Below are positions 1-12,539 of a stretch of DNA of 64,000 bases, in pieces. The notes beneath the pieces were generated by a model. The model had not been told where the DNA came from. It searched no databases and worked only from the letters and a program-made list of their open reading frames with translations. A program made the position numbers and the translations under genes. Where the stretch lies: assembly GCF_902459465.1 (NCBI RefSeq), contig NC_047070.1:620001-684000 (forward strand), written 5' to 3'. The stretch comes from Asterias rubens (Eukaryota). How positions within the stretch are numbered: position 1 is the first letter of the stretch; each line of letters begins with the position of its first letter.

Positions 1-56
1 GATAATTTCTCACTGTCATACTTACAGGCTTAAAAGACTGCGTCTCTCTTGGAAAG

Positions 57-3000
57 ATGGCTGAATCTCTGGTCAACCAGGAGCAAAATGTTCAAATGAC
101 GCCGTTTGGGAAGCCTCCAAGATTGGACTTGTCCAAGCCACGCTGGGACCAAACAACCTTCGTAGGCAGACTGAAGCATTTCTTCAATGTGACTGACCCA
201 CGTACTGTTATATGCAGTGACAAACAGCTGTATGCAGCAAAAGATTTGGTCAACAACTACAAGTGAGTCCTAATAATATATCAGGCACTTTGAAAGGTCA
301 AGGGCACCAAGGCATTTTCTTTTTGGTAAAGGGCACCCTATGAGGAAATTGTAAATTTCTACTGGAGCATTTCAAGGGCACGGAGACAATGACCAGGATG
401 GAGGCAATCGCCTTTGTTGCCTCCTTGAAGTGTAACGATGAACTCTACTCCAGTGTGGTGGTTAATAACTTAATTCATAATTTAAGAATTTGTCAACAAG
501 CGGTTATCTTCCTAATAAGTAACACTGTTTACATTACAAATCTCTGTCTGTGAGTTGTGGTGGTTCTAAAAAGAACTTGTGGGGTGACAACTCAATGCTT
601 TGATTTTGTACCAGAATCTGTGCAGCAAACTACAAATGGGACATTCTGAAGGTTTTGTGCCCTGGAAGATAATTGGGAAGATGGTCAAAAGTAGCAAGCA
701 CCCTTTGTGAAACATACAAGTTAGCATTTGTGTATTTTTGGTTATAGAAGAATAATTGCCTTTTGTTTTGTTTGATAGAATGGGCCTTGAACCACCGGGT
801 ACCACAGAGGAGCAGCTTTGGTTTGCACAGAAGCTTTATATGTCAGCTTTCCATCCAGACCATGGGGAGAAAATGAATCTGATCGGAAAGATGTCATTTC
901 AAGTTCCAGGTGGTATGGCAATAACGGGGGCCATGTTGCAGTGGTACAAGTAAGTAGAATGGCAATAACGGGGGCCATGTTGCAGTGATACAAGTAAGTA
1001 GAATGGCAATAACGGGGGCCATGTTACAGTGATACAAGTAAGTAGAATGGCAATAAGGGGGGCCATGTTACAGTGATACAAGTAAGTAGAATGGCAATAA
1101 GGGGGGCCATGTTACAGTGATACAAGTAAGTAGAATGGCAATAAGGGGGGCCATGTTACAGTGATACAAGTAAGTAGAATGGCAATAACGGGGGCCATGT
1201 TACAGTGATACAAGTAAGTAGAATGGCAATAACGGGGGCCATGTTACAGTGATACAAGTAAGTAGAATGGCAATAAGGGGGGCCATGTTACAGTGATACA
1301 AGTAAGTAGAATGGCAATAAGGGGGGCCATGTTACAGTGATACAAGTAAGTAGAATGGCAATAAGGGGGGTCATGTTACAGTGATACAAGTAAGTAGAAT
1401 GGCAATAAGGGGGGCCATGTTACAGTGATACAAGTAAGTAGAATGGCAATAAGGGGGGCCATGTTACAGTGATACAAGTAAGTAGAATGGCAATAAGGGG
1501 GGCCATGTTACAGTGATACAAGTAAGTAGAATGGCAATAAGGGGGGCCATGTTACAGTGATACAAGTAAGTAGAATGGCAATAAGGGGGGCCATGTTACA
1601 GTGATACAAGTAAGTAGAATGGTAATAAGGGGGGCCATGTTGCAGTGATACAAGTAAGTAGAATGGCAATAAGGGGGGCCATGTTACAGTGATACAAGTA
1701 AGTAGAATGGCAATAAGGGGGGCCATGTTACAGTGATACAAGTAAGTAGAATGGTAATAAGGGGGGCCATGTTGCAGTGGTACAAGCAAGTCAGAGACTT
1801 CATCAGGGCTATAATGTGAGGGTGAGGGGGAATTTATTCACAAGGGGTCATGGCTCACATATTTTACTGGAATAACACCAGGGGTCGATTTCACAAAGAA
1901 ATAAAATTGATCGCAAGACAAGTTGTCAGTATTGCCATAGTGATTTGATTGAATTGCAGTTAAGATCAATCTGAGCTCTTTGTGAAATCAACCTCGGGGG
2001 CTATATTTATTAAAGCACTAAGATTCATCATAGGATGACTTGTCAATATAATCAGAGTGATTTGTACCGTAGCATTCAGCAGTAAAGATTGATCCACACT
2101 TAATATCAATCTTGGCTCTTTGTAAAATCAAAATGAGAATAAACAATAGTTCAACTTCTAAAACCATAAACTGGTTTTAATTGAACAAACACTAAGAGAA
2201 GTCTTATTGGCTGTTCCATTAGCAATGGCTAAAGCTGCAGCTGTCATTTAACTTGGACAAGGCCTTGTATTCTTGGGTTTCCTCTTTTCATGATTTGTAA
2301 ACTCTTTATTTTTCTTGTCCTTTAGAACAATGCCTGCTGTTATCTTTTGGCAGTGGATCAATCAGTCGTTTAATGCACTTGTTAACTACACAAACAGGAA
2401 TGCTGCATCAGCAACCACCAGCAAGTAAGTACTAAGGATTGTGTCACCTTGTTTACCAAAATAGTCACCTTGTGCATTCCAGGGTTTTCTTGGTAGGCAA
2501 GAGACTATACCAGTTAGATGAGAAATCAGTCAAACTTGTTTTTACAAAATCAACATAGAAGGAAGAAATATGTAAAATATCAGTTGAAAGTTTTGATATG
2601 TGCCCCCTTTTCTCGTTTCAAAAAATCTTAAAAATTGAACTGTGGAATCTTTGTAAGGTTTTCTGTTTCTTCCTTTGAGTACAAGAATTGTGCCTGCAGG
2701 AAATCTAGAATATGGGTTTGGCGATTGATGTGGGTGCGATGCAGCCAGCATGCACATCAGGAGTGCGCAATTATTTACACACATGAATGACTTGGCCTAA
2801 ATTTTTTACATTTGTCACAGATTTTATTAAGTTCTCTTGTCGTTTTCAGAGAAATTGGTATGGCCTATGTTACAGCTACCAGTGGTGCCTTGGTAACAGC
2901 TCTTAGTCTGAACTCATTAACAAAGGTAAACTCAGCTTAAGCTGTGCCAAATAATAATAAGTAATAATAATAATAATAATATTAATAAATATTTATCCTA

Positions 3001-6000
3001 CAATTTGATTTCTCCAATCAGAAATTAATAAGCTATAATGAACATTACCTGGGATTTTGGCTGGCACTCTGTTTGTAGAGTTTTCTTTGCTTTTAGCCAT
3101 AGTTTTACAAGATTTAACACAGAGGGGTGAAAATGATGAACCAAGTTTGACTTGACTGCTGACTTATTGTTGATTTTTCAGTTTATCTGAACCGTTTTGT
3201 ATCTTTATGATCTGTGCAATATGCAGACAAATTGTAATTTTAACAAAGCTGTAAAGGAAATAGAAAACGAGAGACAGTCAAAAACATATGACATGATGTT
3301 TTGGCTGGTAACTTTCCCCAGTAAGTAGTTGTTTTTTTGCTCAGTTTACTATATTGCGTAAACAGTTTTATAAAAAGGCAGAAAACAATAGGGTAACTCT
3401 CGGTGACATTTTCATTTCTAGGCTATGAACAACGTTTCTGAAAAAGTTTAGATGTATTTTGATGCAAGTCTCTTGGTTGTGTTTTTACAGAAATCCCCAC
3501 CCCTTGTAGCCCGGTATGTACCGTTTGCAGCAGTTGCAGCTGCAAACTGTGTCAACGTTCCAATGATGCGTCAACAAGAAGTCCTCTCTGGAATTACAGT
3601 TTGTGACTCTGATGGGAAGGAACTCGGTAAATCACAAGTAAGTCAAAATGAATCTATCATTTTCCGTCATGATTGTATCCTGTGAATTCACTTAAAGGGT
3701 TTTGATACCTTTTGGAGATCAAGTTTTTGGCCATGACACTGTGAATGAAGATGTATGTAATATAGTTTACCTGTAGAAGTTTCAGCTTCATTAGTCCTCA
3801 AGTTTTTGAGAAAAAAAGTGAAAATCCCAGAGTGATGTTTTCAGGAGAGTCACGTGTATACCAGTAATCATAATGGTAAATACATTGTACATGCTAAAAT
3901 AGTGTTTGTCTCCTGAGACGAAACTTATCTTCTGTGCACAGTTAATGAACCCTACACAAACCAGACAGTTGAATGGTTTTGACTGGTTGTTAAACTCAAT
4001 CAGAAATGTTATGGAAACTAAGAGGCTGTAATAAAAATTGTTCTTGTGTTTTTGTTTTTATCTGATTAGAAAGCAGCTAGGAAAGGTATAGCCCAAGTGG
4101 TGGTTTCCCGAATCACTATGGCAGCGCCTGGCATGTGTGAGTAAATCTTGTAAATTTTTGGGAGTTACTTTTCAAGAAAAAAGTACAAAAATATCTGTAA
4201 TAGATTTTGCATTGGAGATATAAAGTATTGGATTTTACTCTTACAATGGTATGTGTTAAACACAGATACCTTTGACAAAAATATATTTGCCAAATTATTG
4301 GGTCAGTACAGAAAGGAAATGTAAAGTTGAAAGTTCAAAACATTTACGTTCTTTCTATTGTATAATAATGGGACAAATATTATCTTCAAGTCATGGAAGT
4401 CTGTGAAAACAAACATTTCTATATCAGCATTCTGTACATGAGCCTACATGTACATGTACATGTGTATTACATGTATCTTGCTTTCCACACCCCTCTGCCC
4501 ACCATGCAGTAAAAGTATTACCACCTAGACATGTTCGATTTCACAAATTGGAAACACCCACAACAAGGTTTTATGTCAGTGTAGATTTGTTGCCCATGTT
4601 TGGGCTCCATAATAAAAACAATTTTGTTGTGCTAACATCGGTATCAAGACTACTATTTACTGTCTGTTTTATTTCAGGTGTGTTACCTTTGATAATGGAA
4701 AGGCTACTCAAGTTCCCTTGGTTTAAAAGAGTCTCTGTTCTACACGGACCATTTCAAGTCCTGGGTGTCGGCTGCTTGTGAGTATAGACGCTTTTTTTTT
4801 TACCCATAGCCATGTCTGAATTAGTGGCTACAGCTACGGCTACATTTTGCCTCTATCATGCATTGAAGTATAGTTTGTCATTAGCAACACCCATAGCAAC
4901 AGTCGTAGTCGTAGCTGCAACCGCAAACTTTTGTTCTTTGCATTTTAGATTTGTATGATGTCTGCTACAACGACTTGCTAAGTCAAAAGTGCTCGCTTAA
5001 CTTGGGTTCCTTAGACTTTTTTTGGAGAGGGTCGGTGTGTTGCATGGTTAGGGGGAGGCTTTTACATATTTTATTATTTTTATTTATTTCAAATCTTAAG
5101 ACATACACAATTATTAAAAGATAATAGATAAGAGACATAGATAAGAGACATAGATAAGAGATGCAAATTTAACATCTTTTATATCGTTGCGGTACCCGCT
5201 GCCAAAACATAGGATTCAAACTGCCTCTAGCTGCCGGGCAACCTCGGTAGTCTAGTTGGTAAGACACTGCTCTAGAATTGCAAGGGTCGTGGGTTCGAAT
5301 CCCACCCGAGTAACATGCCTGTGATATTTTTTCACAGGACTCGGGAAAGTACTGAGTATACAGTGCTAACACACATCGGTGTATGGGTAAAAACCCAAAT
5401 TAATATTCTTTATCCCCGATGCAAATTTAACATCTATTATATAGAACTTCAAAAAAAAATTGATTTTGGGTCAGGGCCACACCAAGCATGAATAAGATGG
5501 AACAAAACATGTCAACGCAGTGTTCTTATTTATTAAAGGTAACAGTGTTTCATTCAGTAGGCTTTCTGCCAACAAACATTGAACAAACTAAATTACATTA
5601 TTTTCACATGACAAAACCTCTAAACTAAACCATGTCTTTTGAATAATCATTTTTTTCTTCTTTTTACAGTTTGATTTTTATGACGCCAGTGGCATGTGCC
5701 ATCTTTCCTCAACAGTGGTAAGTCAATTGAATATTGTTAATTACTGTAGATCTTGGAATAACGGTTCGGTCCCAACTTTATAAAGCTGGGTTAAACTTCA
5801 TTGCCTTGCTCAGCTCAGATAGTTGTACTCGCTGCACCATGTAGAACATTTAATTCAATGGGCTTTAAATATAGAATATCACTCCACACTAATGATGTCA
5901 CTTTTGCTCAAAATACCCTAATGTCAGACGAACATTCCACACCACTCACACTATCATCGAATAATCCACATGCCAGATCGCAATAAAAGTAGTTAAGTTT

Positions 6001-6491
6001 GTACACAGGAATAAACACTTGGACAAAGAATTTGCTCAGCAAAGAATGATAAAAAAATGGGAAATTAAAGGGAAGTTACTGAAGTGTTTTTAGAGCGGTA
6101 AGTAAAATTTCCACCATCAAGTTTGCAACAAAGACGCTGGACAGCCAACCATTCACTGAATTTGGTGCTCACATTTTAGTGACAATGAAAACACCTGTAC
6201 ATGTTTGGTAAGCCCATTATGAACTGTTAGGATTTTTTATTGGGACCTCCACACTATTTCAGATGGATATATTTCTATGGAGGATTGGTACTAATTTAAA
6301 CTTTAATGCCAGTGAGCTTTCGGATATGAATCAATGTTTGTATTATTTTTTTTTTCTTTTTAAATTTATGTTTCCCATCTTTATCTTTCAGTTCTTTGGC
6401 GGTGAGCAAGTTGGAGCTAGACTTACAAGCTTCAATTAAAGCAGAATTTGGAGACAGTATTCAGACAGTTTACTTCAACAAAGGCTTGTAA
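57..6491 (+). CDS. SFXN2: Sideroflexin-2-like mitochondrial inner-membrane transporter, 9 coding exons, 337 aa
   Basis: Exons 57-262, 779-949, 2326-2424, 2850-2925, 3491-3637, 4070-4136, 4678-4777, 5670-5717, 6392-6491. All introns are GT-AG, phases are consistent, total 1014 nt. Motifs [66 protein letters not shown] and C-terminal VYFNKGL* match the sideroflexin family, closest to recalled SFXN2. Confidence 0.93.
281..431. mobile_element. Short interspersed repeat (AGGGCACC-rich MITE-like family)
   Basis: Shares ...AAGGGCACC..ATGAGGAAATTGTAAATTTCTACTGGAGCATTTCAAGGGCAC... with copies at about 7077-7257 and 17875-18030, and in reverse at about 30940-31060. Confidence 0.7.
914..1791 (+). repeat. 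44-bp minisatellite (about 20 copies) spanning the SFXN2 exon 2 3' end and splice donor
   Basis: Unit ATGGCAATAA(C/G)GGGGGCCATGTT(A/G)CAGTG(A/G)TACAAGTAAGTAGA. GTAAGT recurs every 44 nt from 950 to 1742, and the last copy reads GCAAGT at 1786. Confidence 0.97.
5160..5435 (+). repeat. tRNA-containing dispersed repeat with terminal direct repeat (family 1, copy A)
   Basis: A-box-like TAGTCTAGTTGG and B-box GGTTCGAATCC at about 5248-5302; 18-bp direct repeat GATGCAAATTTAACATCT at 5160 and 5418; homologous to 38660-38991 on the opposite strand. Confidence 0.85.
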
Positions 6492-8590
6492 CGTCAATCA
6501 CTTCTAAGACATTATACTATTTTATACAAATTATATAAATACTGCAGTTTGTTCTGCAGTTTGGGGTAATTTTCAAAATGATCTCGAGAAGGTCGGATTT
6601 TGCGGATGAATATTAAGCTGAGCATAGGATATTGACTGCTTTTACTTGTGCCATGGTTAAAACTACGACCACAGTATTGTGTGCTCAAGACCTTTTCTTG
6701 CCCCGAGTTTTTGCCTATGGAAAGCCATAAATACAAAACAAAACAAGATGGCCACAATTTGTAACAATGTTACACAAATCTTACATAATAAAGTTTAATT
6801 TGTTGGAAACAAAGCAACCAATCATGTGGGATATTTTATGTCATAATAAGTTTGGAGAAAATGTTGAATTTGGTTAAAGCATGTTGCAACATGATTGAAT
6901 GTTTTACTAGCATTCGGCCATCCATGCCATTCAGGGCAGTTTGTGTATTAACAATAAAAAAGGACTATAATAAAGCTGATTCTCTCAGGAGGTTGTCGCC
7001 ATTAGGAATGCCATAGAATATTATCTGTAACCAGTTGCCTGCTAATTTCACTCGGTGACTGTGACTGTATCTGAATGAGCGACTGTGGGCTTACTCCAGG
7101 CCTGTCTGTTTCGATTTTGAAAGTCTGCTTCGATTTGGTAATGGGCGTCCTATGAGGAAATTGTTAATCTCTACTGGAGCATTTCAAGGGCACCAAGGCA
7201 ATGACAAGGGGGCACAGAGGCAATCGCCTTCTTCACCTCCGTGAAGTATCAGGCCTGCTTAATCAATGCCCGTAGCAACAGCCATAGCAGCCAATTTGGA
7301 CACAGCCTTAATTTCTTTATTACCGTCATTTTTTCTTGAGGTATTTAAAATCGGCCATGGAGGGCAACTTAGTTGCTGACCAAAATAAAATTTTGGCATG
7401 AGGATTTGTCTAACAATCATGAGTTCTTCCTTGAGATATTTCAATAATACCTTAAGCTTTATATGATGTATGTATTAAGAAATGTATAATGAATAACAAT
7501 ATATTTCTATCTGAGAAACAAAATCAGCTATTGAGGTCATCGTATATAAAAATATAGTTACTGTCAATAAATTATGAAATTACTAATCAACCAGTTATTG
7601 TCAGTGTCACTTTTTTCAAGTTCAGACGCAGGAAGGGATCATTGAACATTTATTTGAACCCCTGTACAAACCCCCATACATTGTACATGTTTTAAACACA
7701 GCGTGTTCCACTTCAACTTGTAAGCATATTGCACATTTTAAAACGCAAGCGCAAATCGGAACGGGAATATTGGTTTTTAAGTCACAAGTGAAAGGACCGA
7801 AGACAAATCCTTAATATGCTGCAGCAATTGCAACCGTCATTTATTTATTCTTAAAATAATACAATAGATGGTAAAGACACATAACAATACATAACCACAG
7901 ATTCCTTGTATACAAAGCTATATTTTTACAACTTAAATATCTTACATGTATGCCATGCATTCTCTTGACTGTTTCTTTGTTTTAAGCAAGTTCACTGCTT
8001 TGAATAAAATGCCCATTTTTAAATCATAAAAAACTTAAAGAAGTCCACTTCTGAAGACTGCCGTCCACAATTTGACATTAGTGTGCATGTCGATTTTAAT
8101 TAATTTCCATTATTCACTTTAATATTCACAATGACATCACACAATTATATTTTGTCACCAATAAGACTCGATATGTATCTCTGCAGATTATTTGGTTAAG
8201 TTCATTCTTGTACTGTAAACTTTCAAGATTACAAGTGCTTTTCCTGAGACTTTCAACAATAAAATAAGGCACCTAATAATATGTCGGGAAAAACACTTGG
8301 TGCATTGTTACCTAGAGTGCATGAGAGAACTTTTAACAGTTGAAACGAATTGCCGGAGACTCGGTTTTAGTGGTATAACATTTCGAACCAAACAAGACCA
8401 GAGGACATGCACTAAAGAAGTTAATCATGGCATTAATTCACTTTGTTTTTACGGACTTGGTTAAAAAATTACATTTACATACGTCACAGGTTGTAGGCAT
8501 TGCTACATACCCAAAGTTCATGGCACTGCTTTTATCTAATCTTAGGGAGAATTTGTATTAACAGGTGGAATGCCAGGAGGCGAACCACTC

Positions 8591-8757
8591 GAACTAGACT
8601 TGGTGAAAGAAGCATGCTCCTACCCAGTAAAAACAACAAACCATACCGTTCCAGGGAACTAGACTTGGTGAAAGAAGCACGCTCCTACCCAGTAAATACA
8701 ACAAACCATACCGTTCCAGGGAACTAGACTTGGTGAAAGAAGCACGCTCCTACCCAG
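8591..8757. repeat. 65-bp tandem repeat, about 2.6 copies
   Basis: GAACTAGACTTGGTGAAAGAAGCA... starts at 8591, 8656 and 8721. Confidence 0.9.
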
Positions 8758-11700
8758 TCAAAAAAAAAATGTGTCCAATGTGAGAACGATCACAACTTAT
8801 GCATCTTCTTAGTCCGTCTGACCCAGCGCTCTGTTTCCACCTCATTCTCAGATATGGCAATACAATTTAATGCAGAACGTTCATCATAAAACCAATTAAA
8901 TACATTTCGGCATGCAAAACTCAACATGAATAATTAATTAGCACAATCTACCCCCCGATTTTCTCAACGGATTCACATTGGTCGACTTTTGAGTCGAAAA
9001 AGACGGAATTCCGGCAAAAGCCGGAAAAAATCACAGCCCTGTATCTTAGGGTAGGATTTGTATTTACAGGCGGAATGCCAGGAGGCGAACCACTCCACTT
9101 TTTGTACCAACATGAAAAACTGTTTGCCTAAAGCTGGCATAGAAGTTTAGCTCTAGCCTTAAAGTGGATAGTGGTGTTTTATCAGGATGAAATTACAGTT
9201 AGCAGTGCCATGAAGTTGGGTCATCTTTGCCTGCCAATTCAACAAGTACGACATACATGTACATGTAGAGAAATTACTTTCAATAAATACCAGTTAACCA
9301 GAAAAATACTACGCATGATTGAGAAATATCATTTGCATTCAAAGCTTCAAAATAACAAAATCTTTGTTAAACCATCCCAACTGTAAAAGTTAATTATGAA
9401 AACATGCATTTACTTTTTTAAATATCCTACATTAATAATAATATACATTATTGATAGGTTTCTGTGCTTAAATTGACACACGTTGTCTTTACAGTAACCA
9501 AACCTGGGAGGCCCTTAAATGTAGGATCATACTTTAGTACGTGACCCGTAAGACGTTTTGGTGTGTACATATTTGTTCATGGCAAACCCATGTGGAACCA
9601 CGAGGCTGCACAACCCATAACCTAGTTCTGTAGCAGCTTGCAAGTACATGTAGTGCTAGATTATCAAATATTAATTTGCTAAAATCTTGGCATAATTGCA
9701 CAACATTTTTGTTTATAATGCCGACCAGTGTTTACAGAGTCAAGGGCGGCATCACCTTTCCCATGACCAGAGTCAAGGGCGGTATCACCTTTCCCATGAT
9801 GTCAACTAATTGATTAAAACAGACCCTTCATGTTTGTGGCTGATAATGCCGGCTGCCAACTTTGAAAATGCCCTCAACAGATTTAAGATGTTGATTCATA
9901 GTTTAAAACCAACGCCTACTTTATAGTTGACTTTTGCTGACTATGTAGGCCTAATGCGTAGTCTCCTTTCCATCCAACCCAGATTTGTAGAACTCAAGTC
10001 CAGGACCCAGACTCGGGTCCATCTCGAGTCACAATTCCAATGACTCAGACTTGACCCAAAGGATTTGTGACCCGGGAGTCATTTATTTTCACCAACAATA
10101 CAATTTTTTTTTTCAATAATAAATTCAAGTCTGATGATTTGATTGACATATTCACAGAGAAATATTAACATTTTGCACATGACTCGACTGGCCATGCGTC
10201 TTAGACTTGACACAGGTGACCGCAATACTCCAACCATGTGAAGAAAAAAACTCAATCATTAAGAAACAATGGGTTGATGTATTTATAGGCAACAAATTTA
10301 CATTGCACACGTAAATCAGGTGCATAATCAGAAGTGACTTTGACAGGTAACCCTGGTAACCCTAGTTGGTTACATAAAGATCCCCTATTTAGTCTTGAAA
10401 ATTAAAATGCTTAGCAAAAATTTTACCTAGAAGCCTTCTGAATTTCATAAAATGTTATACTATACACATACAACTAACCTGGTTTTTTTTTACCTACACT
10501 TTTTGAAATCATACTCAAAAGGCCAAGGATGAAGGACCCATATACAGTTAAAAGAAAACAAAGGCAGTAAATACAAACTTTTACTCCTTGATTTCATTTA
10601 CTTTTTTTTAAGATGTAAAGCTTTGGGTGAGACAGTACGCCATTTATTTTTTTTTTTTTAAAGAAGGAATAGTCATGTCAAGTGACTGTCAATTTCCTTT
10701 CCATGAATATTTAGACATGCATTTAATTATAAAATCAGACAGTCCATTTTACGACACCGTTTTAATTATCCCAAATTCGCCTTTTATACATGCAGCATAG
10801 TTTAAATTCTTTGGAAATAACTTTTTTTTTATCAACAACAATAAAATAAATAAATGATTGAATCACTTCCCTACAGGTCATGGGGTCACATTACCTAAAC
10901 AATATGTACCTGGTTTCTTTGTCTTTTCAAGCAACTTCTACCAAAAAACATAATGATTTCACATATTTTTAGTTCAACCAATTCGCCATCGAGGTCAGAC
11001 ACAGTTTCCTCCACAGGTCACACTCAACTAATAACACTGGTTCATATATGGCAGCCACAAAATGTACACTCAACACAGAGCATAAACTTACACTTTTAAA
11101 CATGTAGTATTAGAAGATCTATCAAAACAAACGGTAAAGTATGGTGAATTGCTTTACAGCAGTTTGTAATCATACATGTACCATTGAGAGTCATAAAGGC
11201 AGTTACTGTTGGTTACTGAAGGAGTAAGATGCAGATTACAAAACATAAGTTCCATGGAAACATGTTTAGTTTAGCATTTTGCCACAATTGAGATGACATT
11301 CATGGTTTATCGTTAACTATTGTGTGTAACAGACAGCATAACCATGTTGCTATGGTTACAGTTTGGACCTGGGGATGACTATGGCTGTGATGACGAATAC
11401 ACAAAGGAACATTTTCCATTTAATAATGTTACACCCTTAAAGCTGAGACACCTACGATGAGAAATCTTTCAGAACAATAAACTTATCTTTCAAAACATAA
11501 ACATTGAAAAAATACAATTTCAATATCAAAATTGGAAATGGTCTTAAATTTTATACCAAATTTACCTTCGCAAAAGAGATATTAACCAGTCATCGTTTTT
11601 ATTTCAAGGCTAGTGTAGAATTCATTGTGAAAAACTCACACAGATTGATATATTTGATTGATAAAACATCAATCATAACTTTTTTCGCTGAAACTCACTC

Positions 11701-12539
11701 TGGATTTGTGTTCACAAAAAGTAATGTATTCCCTTTGTAGAATAAAGTGAGTTAACTCTTACACCAGTTTACTTGGGGCTCAGTTTCATAAAGCTGTTTA
11801 GCAGAAGATGCTTCTAAAAGGCACTGTACAAGTTTGGTAATTGTCAAAGACCAGTGTTCTCACTTGGTGTATCCCATCAAAGCATAAAATAACAAACCTG
11901 TGAAAATTTGGGCTCAATTGGTCATCGAAATTGCGAGAAAATGATGAAAGAAAAAACACCTTTGTTGGACGAATTTGTGTACTTTCAGATAGGAATAAAA
12001 GACTTCTAGCTAGAAGTCTTTTATTATTTTAGTGAGAAATTGCCTCTTTCTGAAAAGCTACGTTACTTCAGAGGGAGTCGTTTCCCACAATGTTTTATAC
12101 TATCAACAGCTCTACAGTGCTCATTACTAAGTCAGTTTTTAAGTTAATATTTGTTTTGAGTAATTACCAAACGTGTACCTTCCCTTTAAAAAAAAAATAT
12201 TTGCTGAGCAAAATTTGACAGGGAACCTGTCAGGAACTACCAGTGAAAACTGCATGTTTATTTGGCTGGTAACCTGTGTTTGTTTGTAAAGCAAGACTTT
12301 TTTGTAATATATGCTTAGCAGCTTTATGACATTGGGCCCAAATGAAAGAAGTGCACATAATGTTGGCAACGTACCCTGACCAGGAGCACATTTATTTTGT
12401 TAGACTCTTGAGTTTAAAATCAGATTGTAGCGACATGTCTTAAGACTGTTTACAAATCTCTTGAATGGTAGTTTTTTTTGCACTAGTTGGATTCGAACAG
12501 GCTACCTTGATGAATGCATTATGCTGCTAAACTTGATAC

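Noticed and set aside
5160-5435. Retrozyme interpretation of the tRNA-bearing monomer
   Set aside because: No CUGANGA/GAAA hammerhead core found on either strand of the monomer.
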